Of a DNA stretch of 53,799 nucleotides, positions 28,293 through 35,210 are shown one piece after another. The stretch is taken from positions 1 to 53,799 of the IMG/VR virus record IMGVR_UViG_3300033067_001170. The stretch is one strand, 5' to 3'. The notes below the pieces were generated by a model. It did no database searches and was not told the DNA's origin. It saw only the letters and a list, made by a program, of their open reading frames with translations. Position 1 is the stretch's first letter; each line of letters opens with the position of its first letter. This stretch comes from a virus (Duplodnaviria > Caudoviricetes). The translations under genes were made by a program, and so were the position numbers.

Positions 28293-28799
28293 ATGAGTAT
28301 ATCTAATAATGCTTTAATACACATGTTTATTAGTGGATATTATATTGATTTTGTAGGGCATATATACAGTCCAAATAATATACAATTAAAATCATATAAA
28401 AATGGAAAACGAAAACTTAAATATTATACTGTTCCGTATAGATATAATGGTAGACCATGCACAATTAATGTTCATAGATTTATAGGATTATTTAAATTTG
28501 GGAATAAAATTTTTAATAGTGAGTTACAAATAAGACATTTAGATGGAAACAGTTTAAATAATAGTTGGTATAATATAGGTATAGGTACACGATCTCAAAA
28601 TATGATGGATGTTCATGAAAGTATTAGAGTGTGGAGAGCTAAAAGAGCAACATTAAAAACAATAAAATATGATCATGATGATGTTAAAAAATATTATTTA
28701 GAATATGGATATAAAAATACACTAAAACAGTTTAATATATCATCTAAAGGAACATTACATTATATTATAAATAAAAAATCATATAGAAAAGTAAATTAA
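28293..28799 (+). CDS. HNH homing endonuclease (free-standing)
   Basis: VHRFI...IRHLDGNSLNNSWYNI...SQN. Confidence 0.85.
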   Translation: MSISNNALIHMFISGYYIDFVGHIYSPNNIQLKSYKNGKRKLKYYTVPYRYNGRPCTINVHRFIGLFKFGNKIFNSELQIRHLDGNSLNNSWYNIGIGTRSQNMMDVHESIRVWRAKRATLKTIKYDHDDVKKYYLEYGYKNTLKQFNISSKGTLHYIINKKSYRKVN

Positions 28800-28805
28800 A
28801 TTTAT

Positions 28806-28946
28806 GGTTAAAGTAGGTAAAAGCAAACTCGTATAGTTGCTTGGGTTTGTAATAATATCCAAAAATAGAAAACGTCACTACGGCAGTAGTAACAGTCGTG
28901 GAAGGAACAACCTAAAAATTTTATTGAATGATTATTCAGTCAATAA
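28806..28946 (+). ncRNA. Candidate structured ncRNA (unassigned)
   Basis: Non-coding gap with several hairpins (AAGCAA/TTGCTT, CTACGGC/GTCGTGG, TTATTGA/TCAATAA). Confidence 0.3.
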
Positions 28947-28994
28947 GTTAAATATTTTAAGTTAATGAATGAGTTATACTTCAAGGAATAATAA

Positions 28995-29222
28995 ATGTGT
29001 GCAATAGTAGTAATTGGAAATAACCATAGTGCTTTGGGTGATAAACTTCTTGTTACAGTATTAACTGAAAATTATTCAGGTTATATAAGAGACTGTGCAG
29101 ACGATATGATTCTTGAACGAAAATTAAAAGTAAGTGATTATAATATTGTTGCTCAAGAAATTAGGAAAGAAACGTTGAAACAATCTCAACATTGGAAACA
29201 TAAAAATAAACCTAAGTATTGA
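28995..29222 (+). CDS. Hypothetical protein
   Basis: ORF with AAGGA SD. Confidence 0.6.
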   Translation: MCAIVVIGNNHSALGDKLLVTVLTENYSGYIRDCADDMILERKLKVSDYNIVAQEIRKETLKQSQHWKHKNKPKY

Positions 29223-29247
29223 CAAATAGTATTTAATTTAGTATATT
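29219..29247 (+). promoter_or_regulatory. Sigma70-type promoter
   Basis: TTGACA-17-TATATT before tRNA-Met. Confidence 0.8.
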
Positions 29248-29270
29248 TATAAATGATTAAAAATTTTAAT

Positions 29271-29343
29271 GGCGGGATAGAGCAGTTGGTAGCTCGTAAG
29301 CCTCATAAGCTTGAGGTCGCAGGTTCAAGTCCTGCTCCCGCTA
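29271..29343 (+). tRNA. tRNA-Met(CAT), initiator-like D arm
   Basis: GGCGGGA/TCCCGCT acceptor; TAAGC-CTCATAA-GCTTG. Confidence 0.9.
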
Positions 29344-29356
29344 CAAATGTTCATTG

Positions 29357-29604
29357 AAACTATGTGCTGAATACAAACAGTAATTAATCAAATACGGTAA
29401 AACTCCGTCTAACGTGCATATGTGACAGGTTTGGTAATTACAGAATTGCTAAGAATTCGTTGTTTGGGTAAGATGTTGAGTGTTGAAACAAACAGCTTTT
29501 TACTCCTTGAAAAATTTTGCTGTGACAATTATATAACTAATTTATCTATGCTAAATTAGGGTAGAGTAAAACATTCCATACTTAGAAAAATGGACACATA
29601 GTTT
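29357..29604 (+). ncRNA. Candidate large structured ncRNA (unassigned)
   Basis: 10-bp closing stem AAACTATGTG/CACATAGTTT enclosing several internal stems; no ORF in the track. Confidence 0.5.
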
Positions 29605-29618
29605 TTGGGTTTTAAATT

Positions 29619-30002
29619 GGGCTAGAATTTGGCTTCGATTGGTACAACGGAAAGAAATAGTGCAAGTGAGTAAGTTATGACTCTGACAATACAAAGAAAA
29701 TAAGTGCAGAAGAATTATCTTCATTTACTTTCGAGAACGCATTAGCTTTTGTTGGTGCTGACTCGGAAGTAGTATTTGCTTAGTAATAAGTAAACACCAT
29801 CAGGGTTATCATCTGATGTATAGAACAAGGTAACACTTACTAATAAACACCATAAAGTAGTAAGTCGATAATGGTTGACTTTTCAAAGTTCAAAATGAAT
29901 GGAGAGTTTTTTGTTATGTATTTCTTAAAAAAATATAACTAAACTTGTAACGAACTGTGCTGAAAGTATATCAAGACCTGGGTTCGACTCCCAGCTGGTC
30001 CA
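29619..30002 (+). ncRNA. ssrA: tmRNA
   Basis: GGGCTAG/CTGGTCC-A acceptor with G3.U70, TTCGA near 5' end, T arm CTGGG-TTCGACT-CCCAG; tag reading frame 29706-29783 after ATAAGT. Confidence 0.88.
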
Positions 30003-30030
30003 CTAAATAAAAATAATTATTGCAAAGTAG

Positions 30031-30059
30031 TTGACAATAATTAAAATATTTATTATATT
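30031..30059 (+). promoter_or_regulatory. Sigma70-type promoter of the leader/tRNA array
   Basis: TTGACA-17-TATATT. Confidence 0.82.
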
Positions 30060-30081
30060 TATATAAAAGAAAAATAAAACT

Positions 30082-30144
30082 ATGAAAAACACAACCCTTA
30101 CATATTGTCTTCTAACAGGTGCGGATTTAGGAACTAATATCTGA
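30082..30144 (+). CDS. Putative attenuator leader peptide MKNTTLTYCLLTGADLGTNI (20 aa)
   Basis: Short ORF between promoter and terminator; composition mirrors downstream tRNAs; overlaps alternative pairing segments. Confidence 0.7.
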   Translation: MKNTTLTYCLLTGADLGTNI

Positions 30145-30169
30145 AGGGTGTGTATTATAATTTTTAATA

Positions 30170-30205
30170 GAACCCTTTAGATCGTCTAAAGGGTTTTTTT
30201 GTTTT
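30170..30205 (+). terminator. Intrinsic terminator (attenuator 3:4 hairpin)
   Basis: AACCCTTTAGA-TCG-TCTAAAGGGTT followed by a T tract, ending 5 nt before tRNA-Asp. Confidence 0.85.
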
Positions 30206-30209
30206 AAAT

Positions 30210-30282
30210 GGGATAGAGGTGCAGTTGGTAGCACGTTGCCCTGTCACGGCAAAGGTTGTGGGTTCGACTCCCATGTATCCCG
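30210..30282 (+). tRNA. tRNA-Asp(GTC)
   Basis: TTGCC-CTGTCAC-GGCAA; G73; G7:G66 mismatch and A at position 8. Confidence 0.85.
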
Positions 30283-30285
30283 CTT

Positions 30286-30358
30286 GGGTCATTGGTGTAA
30301 TTGGGAGCACAATAGACTTGCACTCTATTAGTATCGGTTCGAATCCGATATGTATCCA
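30286..30358 (+). tRNA. tRNA-Ala(TGC)
   Basis: ATAGA-CTTGCAC-TCTAT; G3.U70; one extra bulged base in acceptor stem. Confidence 0.8.
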
Positions 30359-30362
30359 CATA

Positions 30363-30408
30363 ACAACCTTAAAAGGTTGTAAATAGAAATACAACCTTAA
30401 AAGGTTGT
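30363..30408. repeat. Two copies of near-perfect palindrome ACAACCTTAAAAGGTTGT
   Basis: At 30363-30380 and 30391-30408. Confidence 0.9.
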
Positions 30409-30485
30409 GTGAGTTAATATAACAATAGGACAACGTAATGTTGCTAATAACTTAGTTAAAAAATATTATTAATGTCCTATTAATC

Positions 30486-30558
30486 GTAGTCTTGGTGTTC
30501 AACGGTAGCACGCTCGGCTGTAACCCGACAGGTGGTGGTTCAAATCCATCAGACTACA
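30486..30558 (+). tRNA. tRNA-Tyr(GTA), short variable loop
   Basis: GTAGTCT/AGACTAC acceptor, A73; TCGG-CTGTAAC-CCGA. Confidence 0.82.
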
Positions 30559-30564
30559 CAAAAT

Positions 30565-30644
30565 GCTCTCTTGATGGAATTGGTAGACATGTAACACTTA
30601 GAATGTTATGCTTAGGCGTGAAAGTTCGAGTCTTTCAGAGAGTA
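30565..30644 (+). tRNA. tRNA-Leu(TAG)
   Basis: TAACA-CTTAGAA-TGTTA; variable arm present. Confidence 0.9.
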
Positions 30645-30680
30645 CAATATCATGGACACTTTGTCCATGTATATGTCCAT

Positions 30681-30762
30681 GTTCCTGTGCTGGAACTGGT
30701 AGACAGAACGGACTTAAAATCCGTTGCCTTCGGGCATAAGGGTTCGACTCCCTTCAGGAACA
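30681..30762 (+). tRNA. tRNA-Leu(TAA)
   Basis: ACGGA-CTTAAAA-TCCGT; variable arm TGCCTTCGGGCA. Confidence 0.92.
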
Positions 30763-30768
30763 CAACTT

Positions 30769-30842
30769 GTTCAGATGATGCAATTGGTAGACATGAAAAG
30801 CTCAAACCTTTTCTTTTAAGAGTTCGAGTCTCTTTCTGAACA
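30769..30842 (+). tRNA. tRNA-Leu(CAA), short variable loop
   Basis: GTTCAGA/TCTGAAC acceptor; AAAAG-CTCAAAC-CTTTT. Confidence 0.82.
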
Positions 30843-30846
30843 CTTA

Positions 30847-30875
30847 TTGACTTTTAATTTATAATTGTTTATATT
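30847..30875 (+). promoter_or_regulatory. Sigma70-type promoter
   Basis: TTGACT-17-TATATT. Confidence 0.75.
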
Positions 30876-30897
30876 TAAATAAACATAAAGGATTTAT

Positions 30898-31170
30898 ATG
30901 GCAATAGTAATTTTATTAGTATTATTTGTTATTTGTTTATTAGCATTAACATATGCTTATCAATTATTTGAAGAAGTGGAAAGACTTCAAATAGAGAATA
31001 ATAATTTAAGAGTTAAATTGGGTAAACTTCCGATACCAATTTACAAAGTTAAATTTGAAGATAAGTTTAAGATGTTTATGCAAAAGTCTGTAATTATAGT
31101 TTCCACAAATTTGATAGTTTATCTTAAAGAAATGAAAAAACATTATGAAAGAATGTTGGCAAGAATCTGA
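30898..31170 (+). CDS. Membrane-anchored hypothetical protein
   Basis: N-terminal TM helix; AAGGA SD. Confidence 0.7.
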   Translation: MAIVILLVLFVICLLALTYAYQLFEEVERLQIENNNLRVKLGKLPIPIYKVKFEDKFKMFMQKSVIIVSTNLIVYLKEMKKHYERMLARI

Positions 31171-31345
31171 TAAAGGATTTACAGTATATGTGACTGTGGG
31201 TAAATGGAGTAAACCTAAACTTCATTATGTTCCTAGTAGGCGTTCTGTTAGATTATGTTTGGGATTTATTGCTGTATCTATAGGATTTTTTGATATTGAA
31301 ACTTTTATTGGAAATAGACATAGATATATAATTCATAAAAAATAA
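31145..31345 (+). CDS. Hypothetical protein
   Basis: ORF overlapping previous gene. Confidence 0.55.
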   Translation: MKECWQESDKGFTVYVTVGKWSKPKLHYVPSRRSVRLCLGFIAVSIGFFDIETFIGNRHRYIIHKK

Positions 31346-31348
31346 TAC

Positions 31349-31424
31349 GTAGGTGTGGTGTTTAACGGATTAAGCATGCGTGGCTTCCACCCATGAGGTA
31401 GGGGTTCGAATCCCCTCACCTACT
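31349..31424 (+). tRNA. tRNA-Gly(TCC)
   Basis: GTAGGTG/CACCTAC acceptor, U73; CGTGG-CTTCCAC-CCATG. Confidence 0.9.
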
Positions 31425-31429
31425 CAAAT

Positions 31430-31502
31430 GTTGGGATGTCTGAGCGGTTTTAGGAATAGGTCTGCAAAACCTACTACAAGGGTTCGAATCCCTTTCTCAA
31501 CT
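31430..31502 (+). tRNA. tRNA-Cys(GCA)
   Basis: GTTGGGA/TCTCAAC acceptor, U73; TAGGT-CTGCAAA-ACCTA. Confidence 0.9.
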
Positions 31503-31525
31503 CAAATTAAAATAAAGGAGAAGTT

Positions 31526-31795
31526 ATGCCTGTACGAGTAGTTATGGAAAATAAAGATGATGCTAAGTATATATTAGAAGCATTATTATTCGCTGGGTGT
31601 GTTGATGTTAGTTCTAATTGGAGTGAAAAGGATAGTAAAAAAATTTTAGATTTGGCTAAACGTATGAAAACACAAATAGATGAAAAATCTGCAGATGAAG
31701 TAAAATTATCTAAAATTAAATTGGAAAAACCACCATACGATAATACAGACAATGCTAAGTTAGTTAAAGAAATATTAAAAAGGAAAAAGAAATAA
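31526..31795 (+). CDS. Hypothetical protein
   Basis: AAGGAG SD. Confidence 0.75.
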   Translation: MPVRVVMENKDDAKYILEALLFAGCVDVSSNWSEKDSKKILDLAKRMKTQIDEKSADEVKLSKIKLEKPPYDNTDNAKLVKEILKRKKK

Positions 31796-32232
31796 TGGAA
31801 TTTTTATTGTTAGTTATATATTACATATTTGTTTGTGTAGTATCAGGTATATCAGGTTCGGGTGAAGGGTTAAGAATTTTAAGTGTTACTAATAATTCTA
31901 TAGTGTGGCATAATCAACAATGGATAGAACGAATAGGATTATTCTTATCAGGTGCATTTGCATTGTTATGGTCTGTTTTTAATTCTATAACTATTGATGC
32001 AAATACTATTATAACCTTTAACGTTATAAATATGCTTATATCATTTGTGGTATTATCTGCAACATCTGGAATATTGTTTTTTACTTGGTATGACGGAATT
32101 ATAAATAAGAAATTAAATTATAGTTTTTTTAGAGTATCATTTACAAGTAAAGCAGTTACTGAAGGGTTTGCTCATTGGTATGTTAAAATACCTTTAATAA
32201 TTATATTGTTAGTGTTAAGTTTTTTGTTATAA
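31795..32232 (+). CDS. Multi-pass membrane protein
   Basis: About four hydrophobic helices. Confidence 0.7.
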   Translation: MEFLLLVIYYIFVCVVSGISGSGEGLRILSVTNNSIVWHNQQWIERIGLFLSGAFALLWSVFNSITIDANTIITFNVINMLISFVVLSATSGILFFTWYDGIINKKLNYSFFRVSFTSKAVTEGFAHWYVKIPLIIILLVLSFLL

Positions 32233-32239
32233 TTAAAAT

Positions 32240-32312
32240 GCTAGTGTAACTCAATTGGTAGAGTAGCTGATTTGTAATCAGCCTGTTGGAGGTTCGAGTC
32301 CTCTCATTAGCT
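32240..32312 (+). tRNA. tRNA-Thr(TGT)
   Basis: GCTAGTG/CATTAGC acceptor; GCTGA-TTTGTAA-TCAGC. Confidence 0.92.
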
Positions 32313-32345
32313 CAAAATATTTTATCAAGTAAATTATAGGATTTT

Positions 32346-32696
32346 ATGGAAATAACATTTTTGACTGTTAGTGCTGTATTATTTTCTACTATATTATCAG
32401 ATATAGTGTGGGCATATTATTTTATAAAAGTAGCACAAAAGAAACCGCATCAAGCCGCTTTTTTTGCAATTTTAATAGCATTAAATTCTTCATTCATTAC
32501 AATTTCCTATATAGGAAATATGTACTTTTTAATACCTGTAATTATCGGTTCATATATTGGAACTTATATTGCTGTGAAAAGACATATTAAATATGATAAA
32601 TCAGATGAAGCAATAAAATTATTACAATATGAAATAGAACAATTAGAAACGAGACTTTCAGATATGGAAATTAATTTTAAAAGTAAATATGAGTAA
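32346..32696 (+). CDS. Small membrane protein
   Basis: Three TM helices, GSYIGTY motif. Confidence 0.7.
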   Translation: MEITFLTVSAVLFSTILSDIVWAYYFIKVAQKKPHQAAFFAILIALNSSFITISYIGNMYFLIPVIIGSYIGTYIAVKRHIKYDKSDEAIKLLQYEIEQLETRLSDMEINFKSKYE

Positions 32697-32705
32697 TATA
32701 AAACC

Positions 32706-32734
32706 TTGACATTTATGTAAAAAATTAGTATATT
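32706..32734 (+). promoter_or_regulatory. Sigma70-type promoter
   Basis: TTGACA-17-TATATT before the RNA ligase operon. Confidence 0.8.
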
Positions 32735-32755
32735 GAAATAAAAAATAAATAAGTT

Positions 32756-33871
32756 ATGTTACCATTTAGAATAGAACATTTACAATATCATATAAAACAA
32801 AAGTACGTTTCGGTGCAAAAGCACCCAGAAGCAGAGTTGTATATCTATAACTATACTCAAACAGCACAATTTGATAACATTTGGAATGATGTTACAATGA
32901 ATTGTAGAGGTTTGATCTTAGATAAAGATTACAATATTGTTGCAAGACCATTTAAGAAGTTTTTCAACTATTCTGAACTGCAAGAAAATGCAAATAAAGG
33001 AACTGTTCCTAAAGGTGAATCCCCAATTCTTTTTGATAAGATGGATGGTTCTTTAGGTATAATTTATCCTTTAAATGATAAATTTTATGTTGCCACAAGA
33101 GGTAGTTTTATTTCTGAGCAAGCTATGGTTGCTACAGATATGTTACACAACAAATATGGTTGGAAAGATGTGGGTAATGTTGTTAAAGGTTTAATATACA
33201 ACAAAACAATTTTGTTGGAGATAATTTATCCAGAGAATAAAATAGTTGTAAATTATGGTGACGAATCTAAATTAGTTCAGTTAGCAATAATAGATAATAA
33301 AACTGGAGATTACTATGGAAATCATTTTTTTGGATTTCCTATAGTTCAAAATTATCCTGAATATTCTAATATTCCATTTGATGAATTATCTAAAATGAAC
33401 TTGGAAAATAAAGAAGGATTTGTAGTATTTTATCCTAAATCTAACTTTAGAATGAAAGTTAAATTTGAAGAATATGTTAGACTGCATAGAATAGTTACTA
33501 ATGTTTCCACAAGAACTATATGGGAATATTTAAGAGATGGAAAGTCTATTGATGAAATGATCAATAATGTTCCTGATGAATTTTATGCTTGGGTTAAAAC
33601 TAAAGTATCAGAATTAACTTTACATTTTGCTGATGTTGTTAGAGATTGTCACGATGCATATAAAGATATATTTTCAAGTGTATCTAATATAGTAGATGCT
33701 GTTGAAAGAAAGAAAGCTTTCGCATTAAAGGTTCAGTCTTTATTGGATAAGAAATGTTGGTCGGTTTTATTTAGAATGTATGATAAACGTGATTGTAAAG
33801 ATTTGGTGTGGAAAATAGTAGAACCTAAATTTGAAAGACCGTTCAAGCAAGTAACGGAAGATAGCAATTGA
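32756..33871 (+). CDS. RNA ligase 1 (T4 Rnl1-like)
   Basis: CRGLIL...ARPFKKFFN, KMDGSLG, ATRGSF, EGFVV, KVKFEEY. Confidence 0.9.
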   Translation: MLPFRIEHLQYHIKQKYVSVQKHPEAELYIYNYTQTAQFDNIWNDVTMNCRGLILDKDYNIVARPFKKFFNYSELQENANKGTVPKGESPILFDKMDGSLGIIYPLNDKFYVATRGSFISEQAMVATDMLHNKYGWKDVGNVVKGLIYNKTILLEIIYPENKIVVNYGDESKLVQLAIIDNKTGDYYGNHFFGFPIVQNYPEYSNIPFDELSKMNLENKEGFVVFYPKSNFRMKVKFEEYVRLHRIVTNVSTRTIWEYLRDGKSIDEMINNVPDEFYAWVKTKVSELTLHFADVVRDCHDAYKDIFSSVSNIVDAVERKKAFALKVQSLLDKKCWSVLFRMYDKRDCKDLVWKIVEPKFERPFKQVTEDSN

Positions 33872-33892
33872 AATAGTTTTTAAATTAATATT

Positions 33893-34246
33893 ATGATAAA
33901 GTTTTTTTTATCTGATATGCCTAATAGGGCATCTCATACAACACAAGAAAGTTGTGGATTTTCATTATATAAAGGAATTTTAATTCAATGGGATGAAGAC
34001 ACCGATGATAGAATTATTAGAGTTATTGATGAACTTCCAAAAAATGTGTTAGATCGTATTTTAGTTATACAAGAACACGAAGGTTCTATCAATTTTGTAT
34101 GGAAAAATTATATTCCGTATGGATATGATGAAATGTGTAGTATTAATGTTCCAGATGGTGATATTTGGTCTATTGGCGAATCTAAAGTTTTACAAGATAA
34201 TATAAAAACAGTTTCTTGTAAATTAAAAATTAAATCTAAACTATAA
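33893..34246 (+). CDS. Hypothetical protein with C-terminal CKLK motif
   Basis: Ends TVSCKLKIKSKL. Confidence 0.7.
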   Translation: MIKFFLSDMPNRASHTTQESCGFSLYKGILIQWDEDTDDRIIRVIDELPKNVLDRILVIQEHEGSINFVWKNYIPYGYDEMCSINVPDGDIWSIGESKVLQDNIKTVSCKLKIKSKL

Positions 34247-34258
34247 AAAGATACCACA

Positions 34259-34942
34259 ATGCCGTTTCTAACAGATAAATATCCACGCACAATGCATTTT
34301 CATTTTTCGCCAGGAGCAAAGAATGATGATAGGATTGCTACCAGTTTAGATGAAATGAGATTACTATCTAAAGACTTGGTGTATACTGAGAAACTTGATG
34401 GTGAGAATACATGCATTAAACAAGATGGAATATATGCTAGAACACATTCAGTTGTTAATAGGAATGAGTGGGCACACTATTTATGGAGTAAGTGGGCAAC
34501 TATTAAGAATGAACTGCATGGGTTGGAAATATTCGGGGAGAATATGTATGCAGTTCATTCTATTGAATATCAAAGATTGCCTGATTATTTTTTTGTATTT
34601 GCAATAAGAGATGGGGATTTGTGGTATGAGTGGGATGAAGTTAAGTGGTTCGCAAACTATTTTAATTTTAGTGTAGTACCAGAATTTCCTGTAGAAATGA
34701 TAATGGGCAATTTGAATGTTCAGGTTCATAAAATGTTGCCTATACGGGAAGTTATAGGATTGCTTATGACTATGCCTAACTTTGGAAATAGTATTGAGGG
34801 TGTTGTTGTTAGGAATAGGGAAAGTTTTACCACCGATGAATTTGATTATAATGTATTAAAGTATGTTAGAAAAGATCACGTTCAAACTGATGAACATTGG
34901 ACTAAACATTGGAAAAAGGCAAAATTGATTAATGGGTGTTAA
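34259..34942 (+). CDS. RNA ligase family protein (second ligase)
   Basis: KYPRT.H, TEKLDGENT, GENMYAVHSIEY, EGVVVR, KYVR. Confidence 0.85.
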   Translation: MPFLTDKYPRTMHFHFSPGAKNDDRIATSLDEMRLLSKDLVYTEKLDGENTCIKQDGIYARTHSVVNRNEWAHYLWSKWATIKNELHGLEIFGENMYAVHSIEYQRLPDYFFVFAIRDGDLWYEWDEVKWFANYFNFSVVPEFPVEMIMGNLNVQVHKMLPIREVIGLLMTMPNFGNSIEGVVVRNRESFTTDEFDYNVLKYVRKDHVQTDEHWTKHWKKAKLINGC

Positions 34943-35210
34943 GGGTAAGAGATTGAGAGTACAATTAATGTTAAATAATGGTGATATTGTTGATTTAGGA
35001 TATCATAAGTATCACAGTATATATATGTATCTATATTATGATGTAGATAATATAGAAGTTGCTTATGATCATAAAAAACGAAAATACACATTCAAAGCTA
35101 ATCGTAAAATATGGTCTAAATATAATTTGAAATATTTAAATTATAGTAAATATAAAATCAAAAAAATACTTACAGAAATTAAGTGTTGTAAAATAAAAAG
35201 GAAGTTATGA
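34932..35210 (+). CDS. Hypothetical protein with C-terminal CKIK motif
   Basis: Ends EIKCCKIKRKL. Confidence 0.65.
   Translation: MGVKGKRLRVQLMLNNGDIVDLGYHKYHSIYMYLYYDVDNIEVAYDHKKRKYTFKANRKIWSKYNLKYLNYSKYKIKKILTEIKCCKIKRKL

Noticed and set aside
29357-29604. RNase P RNA or SRP RNA
   Set aside because: Lacks the GAGGAAAGTCC / AACAGAA..GGCTTA signatures and the SRP domain IV signature; kept as unassigned.
30363-30408. Possible mini-CRISPR array
   Set aside because: Only two 18-bp repeats with a 10-nt spacer and no cas genes.
30565-30762. tRNAs with TAG and TAA anticodons as stop suppressors or evidence of recoding
   Set aside because: These anticodons read the Leu codons CTA and TTA. Core genes are intact in the standard code, and TAG, TGA and TAA all serve as stops.
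30164-30839. ORFs 30164..30433 (-) and 30492..30839 (+)
   Set aside because: They overlap clear tRNA genes and the terminator, so they are spurious.
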